Positions 10,279-18,294 of a stretch of DNA of 64,000 bases are shown here, piece by piece (within the stretch, counting starts at the first letter, position 1; every line of letters starts with the position of its first letter). The stretch spans positions 57,643-121,642 of the IMG/VR virus record IMGVR_UViG_3300027797_000013; one strand, 5' to 3'. Origin of the DNA: a virus. The notes below the pieces were generated by a model. That model was given only the letters and a program-made list of their open reading frames with translations, did not search any database and was not told the DNA's origin. The position numbers and the translations under genes are program-made.

Positions 10279-10530
10279 ATGACCAACTCTACTATCATCG
10301 CTGCTCTCAATGCTACCGAAGATCCTGCACTTGACAATATCATTATAGGTATGGCAGATATTGAATGTGGGTTCGGTTCTTACGAAAAGGCGGTACGGTA
10401 TGCTGCTTCTAGAAGCACGTATGAAGAGGTAATGAAGCTTCGAGATGCGTACGAGAAGCTAGCAGAGACGATGCAGCACGTAGCTACTGTTAAGCAGATA
10501 CTATTCCGAGATGGTAATAACGAACTCTGA
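10279..10530 (+). CDS. hypothetical early protein
   Basis: Behind a motif copy; stop lies within the next motif copy. Confidence 0.7.
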   Translation: MTNSTIIAALNATEDPALDNIIIGMADIECGFGSYEKAVRYAASRSTYEEVMKLRDAYEKLAETMQHVATVKQILFRDGNNEL

Positions 10531-10565
10531 TATAATAATGGAGTAGAGAGTAACCAAAACCTAAT

Positions 10566-10940
10566 ATGCGAACATTCGAAGAAATCAAAGCTAGCATGAA
10601 GAATCGTAAGCCTACGATCTTTAGTGAGATCGCTGAAAACGAACTCCGATATAATAAGGGAGTAAAGAGTAAAACTACTATGCGAACCTTCGAAGAAATT
10701 CTTGATAGTATCAAAGACATCGATCTAATGTTCGATGACGAATTGATCAATAAGTTCATTAACGAAAGAGATGATCATTCGACGGCGAATCTATATAATC
10801 TACTCAAAGCGGGATCGTTGAATGAGGATGATATTTGTGACTTAGATGAAAATGATGTTCGGAATATCGTTGATTATGTTAACGTTCGATATGATATTGA
10901 TTTGAAAGTAGTCGGTTGTAAAGTGATATGGAATAGTTAA
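10566..10940 (+). CDS. hypothetical early protein; second in-frame start at 10680 behind an internal promoter copy
   Basis: MRTFEEI occurs twice, each time behind a motif copy. Confidence 0.7.
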   Translation: MRTFEEIKASMKNRKPTIFSEIAENELRYNKGVKSKTTMRTFEEILDSIKDIDLMFDDELINKFINERDDHSTANLYNLLKAGSLNEDDICDLDENDVRNIVDYVNVRYDIDLKVVGCKVIWNS

Positions 10941-10988
10941 CGAACTCCGATATAATAATGGAGTAGAGAGTATTAAAACTAATATATA

Positions 10989-11222
10989 ATGAAACAACTT
11001 AAGAAACAACTGGTTAGCTTTATTATGGAAAGTGAGAGCGCGCTCGTTCTATATAATGGAGTTGGTGGTGTAGTGGACGAACTGTCTCGAGAAGAGGTAG
11101 AGTCGATGGTCGAGAGTTGTAAGACAAAGTCAGAATTAAGTCGACTCATTATGGGTAAGTGGATGTATAGTGATGTGTATGGGAGCTTCGAAGAGCTGTT
11201 AGAGGATATTGAGACTGAATAA
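10989..11222 (+). CDS. hypothetical early protein
   Basis: Behind a motif copy. Confidence 0.7.
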   Translation: MKQLKKQLVSFIMESESALVLYNGVGGVVDELSREEVESMVESCKTKSELSRLIMGKWMYSDVYGSFEELLEDIETE

Positions 11223-11225
11223 GTT

Positions 11226-11396
11226 ATGACACTATCAATTGTACCGAAAGAGCGCCGCGTATGTCAGTACTGTGGCTCGGGGCATCTGATAGTCGCTACT
11301 ACGCACGATCCGGTCCGGACCGATTGGTGTATGCTGTGTGGTCGCAAGCTAGATGAAGAGCTCAATGAGCTTCTGGAAGATATTGATATTGAATAA
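11226..11396 (+). CDS. small Zn-ribbon protein (CQYC...CMLC), 56 aa
   Basis: Translated by hand; below ORF-track cutoff. Confidence 0.6.
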   Translation: MTLSIVPKERRVCQYCGSGHLIVATTHDPVRTDWCMLCGRKLDEELNELLEDIDIE

Positions 11397-11419
11397 GCTC
11401 TCAGGTTAACCTGAGAGCT
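11396..11419. repeat. perfect 24-bp palindrome AGCTCTCAGGTTAACCTGAGAGCT
   Basis: Directly visible. Confidence 0.9.
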
Positions 11420-11449
11420 GAGGCAAAAGGAACTCCGATATAATAAGGT

Positions 11450-11629
11450 ATGACGATTACAGAACTAATTAACAAACTGCAGCAATTGAAAATGGAAAGC
11501 GGCGACATTAACGTACTTACTTATGATGAAAGTGAAGGTGCTTTTAATGTCGTTCAAAGTGCCTTTCTTTCATATCCTGATTCAGATGACGATGAAGGGA
11601 TCGTGCCAACTGGAGTAATTCTTCAATAA
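11450..11629 (+). CDS. hypothetical early protein, 59 aa (MTITELINKLQQL...), paralog of 15560..15739
   Basis: Fills the space between two motif copies exactly. Confidence 0.75.
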   Translation: MTITELINKLQQLKMESGDINVLTYDESEGAFNVVQSAFLSYPDSDDDEGIVPTGVILQ

Positions 11630-11690
11630 GGAACTTCAATATAATAATAGAGTAGAGACTAACAAACAAACAATTAATCTAATCAATCAT

Positions 11691-12074
11691 ATGGCTTATC
11701 AATCTAAATACAAAGGCGTCCTCGTTCATCCTTCTGATAAAGACACACTGAACACTCTCCGTGCGCTAGCCCCTAGCCTTACTGAGGCAGATATGATGCA
11801 GTTCTTTATCAATAGTGTTGATAAAGAATCATTTACCGCTTTCCTCGTTGAAGAGGAGACTCGTAACTTCCTCAAGAAGAACGATAAGAAAGAGGCTTCC
11901 GCTAAGCCTGCTAAGAAAGCAGCTAAGGCCGAGACGGTTGATAAGCCGGTCAAAGAGAAGAAGGTAAAGAAGGTCAAAGAGCCTGTGTTCGTAGCGACAG
12001 AAGAAGAGACTGATAAGGTTCGCGAACTGCACGATAAAGACGAGCCTGCTATTCGCGTAGTGGTAGGCTGCTAG
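11691..12074 (+). CDS. hypothetical protein with Lys/Ala-rich (histone-like) tail
   Basis: AKPAKKAAKA...KEKKVKKVK; behind a motif copy. Confidence 0.75.
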   Translation: MAYQSKYKGVLVHPSDKDTLNTLRALAPSLTEADMMQFFINSVDKESFTAFLVEEETRNFLKKNDKKEASAKPAKKAAKAETVDKPVKEKKVKKVKEPVFVATEEETDKVRELHDKDEPAIRVVVGC

Positions 12075-12100
12075 CATAAGGAACTCCGATATAATAAGGT

Positions 12101-12265
12101 ATGAATACGACCCCAACTGAAGACGCAGTTAAGATCGCGCTGTTGCGCAAGACGCTAGAAGACTTGATCGGTGAGTGGGGCGGTCAAGTTGTCGATCCTA
12201 ACTGCGACTGTGAGGACTGCAATCATCTGCGCCCTCTGTATAGAGCGCTTGAAGCGACAAAGTAA
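12101..12265 (+). CDS. hypothetical early protein, 54 aa (CDCEDC)
   Basis: Between two motif copies. Confidence 0.7.
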   Translation: MNTTPTEDAVKIALLRKTLEDLIGEWGGQVVDPNCDCEDCNHLRPLYRALEATK

Positions 12266-12287
12266 AGGAACTCCGATATAATAAGGT

Positions 12288-12494
12288 ATGAAGACACAAC
12301 AAGAGATCAAGGAGACTAGAGAGTACATCAAAGATACAGTGCAGTTCAAGATTAAGGTTGCTAAGGCTAATGAGTGGTTCGAACGCAACTTCAAATTGTC
12401 TGATGACGCTGACGAAGGTCGACACATCTGCGAGCGGTACTGCGAAGAGATCAAAGCCCTTCACGAGCTCTACCGTTACGAAAAAGGTCTATAA
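12288..12494 (+). CDS. hypothetical early protein
   Basis: Behind a motif copy; paralog of the next gene's N-terminus (EWFERNFK/EWFEKNFK). Confidence 0.75.
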   Translation: MKTQQEIKETREYIKDTVQFKIKVAKANEWFERNFKLSDDADEGRHICERYCEEIKALHELYRYEKGL

Positions 12495-12507
12495 TTATAT
12501 TACTACA

Positions 12508-12951
12508 ATGTCCTATATCGACAATGCAATCGATCTCTCTGCCGACGTCACGAGAGCTACTGAGTGGTTCGAGAAGAACTTCAAGCAGTCAGAAAGCGCT
12601 GAAGAAGGTACGCGAGTATGTGAACGGTACCTCGCTGAGATGAAAGCTCTTCACGATCACTATGTTACAAAGGTTGAAACATATAAAAACAATTGTGAAT
12701 ACTATACCGACAAGCCACGCATTACCGTTGACAATGTCAACTACGATTGGGACGGTTGGGCTGACGCCTATCTAGGTCCAACTACTCCATCTGGTATATA
12801 TGGTGCACGAGAAGAGGAAGATGGTAAATGGCGACCAGCGGTATACCGTCCAACCGAATACGATGCCGAATTATCATTTGAATCATTCGACACACCTCAC
12901 TCTGCTATTAAAAGATCACTCGCTTACTTCGCAAAAGGAACTTCGATATAA
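12508..12951 (+). CDS. hypothetical early protein (start revised to MSYIDN)
   Basis: Homology to the preceding gene begins here; stop lies inside the next motif copy. Confidence 0.7.
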   Translation: MSYIDNAIDLSADVTRATEWFEKNFKQSESAEEGTRVCERYLAEMKALHDHYVTKVETYKNNCEYYTDKPRITVDNVNYDWDGWADAYLGPTTPSGIYGAREEEDGKWRPAVYRPTEYDAELSFESFDTPHSAIKRSLAYFAKGTSI

Positions 12952-12955
12952 TAAT

Positions 12956-13135
12956 GTTGTCAGAGATTGAAAGATACGTTTGACATAAAAACAAACGGCT
13001 CGTTAGCTTAATGGCAAAAGCGTCTTAGATGGTGACATCTAAGGAGATGAAGGTTCGATTCCTTCCCGACCCTGCTTTCAACGTAGGATGAACATCCGAA
13101 CAACGAGGCGTCAGAATACGCCTACAAGACACAAC
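12956..13135 (+). ncRNA. candidate structured RNA with anticodon-less tRNA-like domain (12997-13073)
   Basis: D arm GCTT/AAGC, T arm GAAGG-TTCGATT-CCTTC, 9-bp GTGA-capped stem in place of the anticodon arm; own promoter copy; no ORF. Confidence 0.7.
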
Positions 13136-13161
13136 TTTAGGAACTCCGGTATAATAATAGT

Positions 13162-13506
13162 ATGACCAACGACGAATTCATCAAAGACACCATCGAGTAC
13201 TACTGCACAGACTCTGACCGCATCGCATATCCAGGTCCAATGTACAAGTGTGGTGGTCGCTTCTGCGCCGTTGGTCGGTGGATTAAGCCTGAGAAGTACT
13301 GTAACGCAATGGAGTGCAGTCCTAACGTAGAGGAGCTGCTCCAAATATATCCTGACTGCTTGATGGATGAAGTGAGTAGTGTTGATGTAGAGGTACTCTC
13401 TGTGATGCAGCAGATGCACGATGTAGTGTTGTCCAGTATTTATTCAACTGAGCAGAATCGACAAAAGGCAAAGGTGTTCCTCGAACGCCGCGGCATCACA
13501 ATCTAA
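13162..13506 (+). CDS. hypothetical early protein
   Basis: Between motif copies. Confidence 0.75.
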   Translation: MTNDEFIKDTIEYYCTDSDRIAYPGPMYKCGGRFCAVGRWIKPEKYCNAMECSPNVEELLQIYPDCLMDEVSSVDVEVLSVMQQMHDVVLSSIYSTEQNRQKAKVFLERRGITI

Positions 13507-13528
13507 AGGAACTCCGATATAATAAGGT

Positions 13529-13894
13529 ATGAACATTAACGATCTAACAGATGCAGAGCTGATTGAAGTCAAAGAGGCTTGGGAAGGAGTAAACAAAGGA
13601 CAGTACCATGCATGGACCCATACACGCGCTGATGGCTGGGATGACTTCGATGTAGCGAGAGCTTATCCTGAGTGGTGCTTCGCTGATAATCCCGAGCGGA
13701 TGCTCAATACATACCCACACTGGGTAGCAATCAATCAACCTGAATTCGCGTTCGAACGTGAGCCAAAGACAGTAGCTGTAGACAATAACCGTTGGGTAAA
13801 AGAGAACAGGCCCGAGTACTACGCAGAGTATAGGAAGGCGATGCGCTTAGCAGGTTATGTACCACATAACGGAATGGGCATCGAAGAGCTGTAA
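13529..13894 (+). CDS. hypothetical early protein (short PxW repeats)
   Basis: Behind a motif copy. Confidence 0.75.
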   Translation: MNINDLTDAELIEVKEAWEGVNKGQYHAWTHTRADGWDDFDVARAYPEWCFADNPERMLNTYPHWVAINQPEFAFEREPKTVAVDNNRWVKENRPEYYAEYRKAMRLAGYVPHNGMGIEEL

Positions 13895-13937
13895 CCAAGG
13901 CGGGTCGTTTGTTTAAGGAACTCCGATATAATAAGGT

Positions 13938-14126
13938 ATGACCGAAACTGAATACAACGAAATTGCTGCTGAAATCTTTGAATCTGCTATGTGGACTATT
14001 AAGTTTACATTAGATGCTAAGAAGTCATCAGATGAAGAAAAGCTAAGTCAAATTAAAACAATCGTCAGCGGAGCCTTCAAACGCATCGCAGAAGAAGAAC
14101 TCAATATGCTGTGCGACGAAGAATAA
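13938..14126 (+). CDS. hypothetical early protein
   Basis: Between motif copies. Confidence 0.7.
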   Translation: MTETEYNEIAAEIFESAMWTIKFTLDAKKSSDEEKLSQIKTIVSGAFKRIAEEELNMLCDEE

Positions 14127-14149
14127 ACGAACTCCGATATAATAATAAT

Positions 14150-14362
14150 ATGCACAATGTATCTGTTGGTGACATCTTTATGGATTCAAATGAAGTCTTT
14201 CGTGTGATAGAAGTTCTAGAAAACGAGAAGTTTCCTGAAGATCCACTCATCGAAGTTGAAGTGTGTATGAGTGGTCCCGGGCGCGAGGGCTTGGGCGACT
14301 GGAGCTTCACTCTCGAACAAGCAGAAAAGTACAACCTGCAGCACTACAAAGCTGCCAAGTAA
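14150..14362 (+). CDS. hypothetical early protein (MHNVSVGD...), paralog of 26102..26272
   Basis: Start revised to the ATG behind the motif. Confidence 0.75.
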   Translation: MHNVSVGDIFMDSNEVFRVIEVLENEKFPEDPLIEVEVCMSGPGREGLGDWSFTLEQAEKYNLQHYKAAK

Positions 14363-14385
14363 ACGAACTCCAATATAATAATAAT

Positions 14386-14637
14386 ATGACACAATCAATC
14401 AACTCCTTCGACCTTACTCCAAACGAGCACATCGCTCTTGACAATATTACTGCAAAGCTGCTCGATGATGTCAATGTCGATATCAAAGAAGCCTTCGAAG
14501 TAGTCCAGGCCATTACTCAATCAGAAGGACTGACTGTAGAAGAGGTAATCAAGTTCCTCACAGAGAGCCTATTCATGGACCTCGAAGTAAGCCCTGATGG
14601 TATGACGTTTAAGGCTAACGATGTGCATGATGTATAG
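14386..14637 (+). CDS. hypothetical early protein (MTQSINSF...)
   Basis: Start revised to the ATG behind the motif. Confidence 0.7.
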   Translation: MTQSINSFDLTPNEHIALDNITAKLLDDVNVDIKEAFEVVQAITQSEGLTVEEVIKFLTESLFMDLEVSPDGMTFKANDVHDV

Positions 14638-14783
14638 TTCTATTCACGTAAAGGTTCTTCCTAAGAAAATAGATTATAGCTCTTCGACAATAGAGTGTGA
14701 AGCACGCCGTCTTCTATACATTGACGATAGAACTATAGAGTACTGTCAAAAGACCACGACCACCCACCCACTACCTCCGGTAT

Positions 14784-15026
14784 ATGACTACTGCAGAGAA
14801 GATAGCGATCTTGGATAAGGAGTATGCCGATGCCAAGATCGTTGTCAATAAGACCATAGAGACCTTCTGTGGTCTGAATTCAGCTGAATCGTTGGCAGTG
14901 CGCAGGCTGTTCCAGACAGAGAGAGCACTAGATGGTCTGCTAAAGGCTCTCAGAGAGCGTCACATTAGTAATCCGGACATAGAATGGATCATTGGTGTAG
15001 CAGAAGACATCCGCTACCTAGAGTAA
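14784..15026 (+). CDS. hypothetical protein
   Basis: ORF whose stop abuts a motif copy. Confidence 0.65.
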   Translation: MTTAEKIAILDKEYADAKIVVNKTIETFCGLNSAESLAVRRLFQTERALDGLLKALRERHISNPDIEWIIGVAEDIRYLE

Positions 15027-15047
15027 GGAACTCCGATACAATAAGGT

Positions 15048-15332
15048 ATGACCGACGAACTCAAAACAAACCAAACGTGGGCCGAAATTTCAGCTCTGCG
15101 TACAGAAGCCAATATCAAGTCCGCTGCTGCGCACAGAGCTTGGCTTCGGTCTACTGTAGACCTCAACACTCTCGGACAAAACGAGCAGGTGGTGAAGGAA
15201 GTAAATGATAAGCGAGCTGCTGCCTATGCTGAGTATAAGCGCTGTCACGATGAGGCCTTTAGAATCTCGCAGATAGCCAACTCCTTGTATAGAGATATGG
15301 CAGGTTCAGATGATCATCTGTTTAACAAATAG
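15048..15332 (+). CDS. hypothetical early protein
   Basis: Behind a motif copy. Confidence 0.7.
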   Translation: MTDELKTNQTWAEISALRTEANIKSAAAHRAWLRSTVDLNTLGQNEQVVKEVNDKRAAAYAEYKRCHDEAFRISQIANSLYRDMAGSDDHLFNK

Positions 15333-15362
15333 ACCAGTAAGGAACTCCGATATAATAATAGT

Positions 15363-15533
15363 ATGACCGACATTACTAAATTCACTGCTGCAGAGCTGGC
15401 TCGTATCGAAGCATACGACGCTGACCTTCTTATGCTCAAAGGTTGGGCATCTAATCTCGAAGAGGCTACACAGATGGCCCGAGCCACTCTCTGTAAACGC
15501 TTTGGTGTTAAACAAATGCCTAACCAAGACTAG
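15363..15533 (+). CDS. hypothetical early protein, 56 aa
   Basis: Between motif copies; translated by hand. Confidence 0.7.
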   Translation: MTDITKFTAAELARIEAYDADLLMLKGWASNLEEATQMARATLCKRFGVKQMPNQD

Positions 15534-15559
15534 TAAAGGAACTCCGATATAATAATAGT

Positions 15560-15739
15560 ATGACGATTACAGAACTCATCAACAAACTACAGCAATTGCA
15601 AACGCAAGACGGTAATGTAAATGTAAACATTGTCGATGAAAGCGAAGGTGCTTTTAAGTATTACAAAGTGTTGTACTACAACAATCCGAACCAGGATACA
15701 AATATGAGCGCTGGTCGCCCTGGTGAAGTACTTCAGTAA
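15560..15739 (+). CDS. hypothetical early protein, 59 aa, paralog of 11450..11629
   Basis: Identical N-terminal 13 aa, shared DESEGAF, same length. Confidence 0.75.
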   Translation: MTITELINKLQQLQTQDGNVNVNIVDESEGAFKYYKVLYYNNPNQDTNMSAGRPGEVLQ

Positions 15740-15755
15740 AGGTACTCCGATACAA

Positions 15756-16030
15756 GCTCTCTATATAGCTAATATAGAGAGCAGGCGCTAGCGATAGCTA
15801 CGCCTCTAGACTATCAGCTCTCTAGACCGTCAGCGCTCCAGATTGTGTATAGAGAGCGAGAGAAAAAAAAGGTGTGAGCCGCCATGGCCCAATTTTTTTT
15901 TTGCAAATTTCCGAAGACCTCCCATATAGGAATTTTTGCAAATTTCCGTATAGCCCTCTTCTCCCAATCCCCCCACGCCTATAAGATATTCGGAGTCGAT
16001 ACGGAAAATTTTTTTTTCGGAAATTCTCAG
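15756..16030. other. structured non-coding region: hairpins, 16-bp tandem repeats, A/T tracts, TTTTTGCAAATTTCCG x2
   Basis: Hairpins at 15756-15782 and 15783-15805; repeats at 15898 and 15933; inverted related CGGAAA(A)TT copies near 16002-16026. Confidence 0.7.
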
Positions 16031-16118
16031 AGTTTTCCTAATAGCCGATTTGTAGATAATACCTTATAAGGTGACTCTAAATTACGGATGAGAGGCGGAT
16101 TGAAATATAAATAACTAT

Positions 16119-16607
16119 ATGAAGAAAACAGATATCGAGCAGCTTGGTGCACTCTATGAACAAATAAGCTTCGGAGAGCCTGGTGGTGGTGACAAGTATG
16201 GTCCTACTATGGGCCGAGGCGGTTACGGTGTCAGAGTTGCTCCTAAGGAAAAGCGTGATCCAGATGAGTATAATGATGGATACGATGACGATGAAGATGG
16301 GCCTGATGACTATTTCGACTATGGTTCCTGTATGTTTAAGAAGAACACTTTTCAAAGAAATCCTTCTTCAATTAAAGCTCATACTACTTTAATTGATGAG
16401 GTAGATAATAATAAATCTATTTCTTTCGACAGATTTTGGGAGCTCTTTAGTGTAATGTATAGCCTTACAGAGAAGGATACACCTCATTCTAACTTCTTTA
16501 AAGTGGCTATTCGTTGCGCTGTTTATAAAGTAAACCAGGACTTCCCTGACATGTCGCTAGAAGCATCTTTACCTGGAGAAGGCTCAGTATACAAAAAGGA
16601 AAGTTAA
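16119..16607 (+). CDS. hypothetical late protein
   Basis: TATAAATA-N5-ATG. Confidence 0.75.
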   Translation: MKKTDIEQLGALYEQISFGEPGGGDKYGPTMGRGGYGVRVAPKEKRDPDEYNDGYDDDEDGPDDYFDYGSCMFKKNTFQRNPSSIKAHTTLIDEVDNNKSISFDRFWELFSVMYSLTEKDTPHSNFFKVAIRCAVYKVNQDFPDMSLEASLPGEGSVYKKES

Positions 16608-16627
16608 TTACTAAACTAAATAGTAAT

Positions 16628-17251
16628 ATGACTCTAAATCACAATGTTGGTAACATTAAATGTTTAGTAAGAGTCTCTCACTTGACCCATAATCCAGAAG
16701 ATCATGACAAGTACCATAATGCTTACATATTTGGTATTCAATCTATATCTATGAAGATCTTAACATTCCATATCATGACTGATTATGGAATGATGAGAAG
16801 TAGGGTTCCTATTAGTGAGATATTTTTGTCTGAGCCTACTAATGATATTCCTTTCCACTTTAAACAGCTGTGGGATTGCTTTAGCGAGAATGTATCGGTA
16901 ATTACTTATGAGTATCTAAAGGAAAAGAGATGCGAAGTATTACTGAAGGACGGATCAAAGATTTGGGCGAGCTATCTCTTTACCGTAGATTGGTACAACA
17001 ATGCTTATTCAGATGAGCCTTCTGATTATAAGTGTGGACACGTCTTAGTAGCAGATGATGGTTATCTATTATGCCAGCCTAATAATAGAATATACTGGAG
17101 AGACTCTAACTGGGTCACTAAGCCTTTTCCCTTTAAGACAACAAAGACTATAAAGGTTGATAATAAATTACCTTCGGTAGAGGTCGTTTCAGACAAATGG
17201 GTTACCGAAGATACTGATTCTTATTATTACGATATATCTAAAAAGGCATAG
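16628..17251 (+). CDS. conserved hypothetical phage protein
   Basis: 207-aa ORF; QLWDCFS, YLFTVDW and QPNNRI motifs. Confidence 0.75.
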   Translation: MTLNHNVGNIKCLVRVSHLTHNPEDHDKYHNAYIFGIQSISMKILTFHIMTDYGMMRSRVPISEIFLSEPTNDIPFHFKQLWDCFSENVSVITYEYLKEKRCEVLLKDGSKIWASYLFTVDWYNNAYSDEPSDYKCGHVLVADDGYLLCQPNNRIYWRDSNWVTKPFPFKTTKTIKVDNKLPSVEVVSDKWVTEDTDSYYYDISKKA

Positions 17252-17272
17252 GCTAGATTAGGATCTTAGCTA

Positions 17273-18268
17273 TTAAGAACTTGCTAATTTGTCAGCAGGT
17301 TCTTCAGCTGCTATAATTCTAGCGTTTCTTTTCATACGCTTTATGACCCCATCACCTTTGGGCTTCTTCTTAAGACGTTTCTTATACTCTTTGTGATCTA
17401 AGTACTTCTTAGAGGCCTCTTTATACTTCCCAGCTTTGAGGAGCTCTACCCATTCAAACTCTCCTTCTCCTTTTGATTGTAAGTCGCCTCTAAACTCTAT
17501 ATCTACGAGTGCGGCCTTTAGCCCAGTGCTCATGTTAGGCCAGAGCTCTATAAATATATCTTCTACGGTTGGTATACGTTTACTGACGTCTTTGGTGAAG
17601 CGCTCTAGAGCTTCTTCAGGTGTAAAGGCTGATTTGAGGCCTTTCTTTGCACGAGCCTTATCATGAGCTATCTTAGCTTTTAAACTACCATCTCCTATCA
17701 AGTGCCCTACTCCTATTGTCCATTTGCCTACATCGTCCTTATAAGGTGTTAAGAATCGACTATTTGCTTTAGACTTTATATCGCTTCCTATGATCTCACT
17801 AGGTAGAATATAGTTAGCGATGGTATCGTATAGATTGCCCATGTCCTTTACGGTGATAGGCGGCTCTTCTTTCTCTTTCTTAGCTTCCTTAGTATCAGGC
17901 TTGTTAACAGGTTTCTCTTTGCTCTGAACTTGTTGATCTGGCTGAGCGGCTGGCTGGGCGGCTTGTGGCTTTGGTTGTTCTGAGGGCTCGTTAACTATAC
18001 GGCTGATAGCGTCGTTTGCTATCTGATGGAATTTGTCGTTGTTGATCTTATCGGCTGCTAGCTTCATAGCCTCTATCTTCTGAGGTTTAGACTCAGGACG
18101 TTTCCAGAGCTCTTTATTAATCGCATTAACATTATAGAGCAGACCGACAGCACCTAGACCTATTACAGCAGCAAGGACTTCTCTTACGCCTTCGTTATAC
18201 TGTTCGAGCTGATTTCCCTCAGCTATACCTTCGTTAAGGACTCTGTAGAAGACACTATCAAAACTCAT
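17273..18268 (-). CDS. lysozyme-domain (GH24/T4-like) protein with N-terminal extension
   Basis: PYKDDVGKWTIGVGHLI motif; ALVDIEF; late promoter. Confidence 0.75.
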   Translation of the reverse strand: MSFDSVFYRVLNEGIAEGNQLEQYNEGVREVLAAVIGLGAVGLLYNVNAINKELWKRPESKPQKIEAMKLAADKINNDKFHQIANDAISRIVNEPSEQPKPQAAQPAAQPDQQVQSKEKPVNKPDTKEAKKEKEEPPITVKDMGNLYDTIANYILPSEIIGSDIKSKANSRFLTPYKDDVGKWTIGVGHLIGDGSLKAKIAHDKARAKKGLKSAFTPEEALERFTKDVSKRIPTVEDIFIELWPNMSTGLKAALVDIEFRGDLQSKGEGEFEWVELLKAGKYKEASKKYLDHKEYKKRLKKKPKGDGVIKRMKRNARIIAAEEPADKLASS

Positions 18269-18294
18269 ATAGATACTTAATCATTTAAGCTGTC

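Larger units (their letters stand above)
9654..15756 (+). promoter_or_regulatory. about 20 copies of early promoter motif AA(C/G)GAACTNCNRTATAAT
   Basis: Copies start near 9654, 10105, 10232, 10519, 10638, 10939, 11427, 11628, 12078, 12265, 12935, 13138, 13506, 13915, 14126, 14362, 15025, 15339, 15536; degenerate last copy at 15739. Confidence 0.85.

Noticed and set aside
9654-15756. CRISPR array interpretation of the recurring 18-bp motif
   Set aside because: Intervals are ~110-670 bp, irregular and contain whole genes; the motif ends in a TATAAT box just before start codons; no cas operon in the window.
15884-16069. ORF 15884..16069 in the structured region
   Set aside because: Phe-rich translation of T-tracts and repeats; no promoter motif; likely non-coding.
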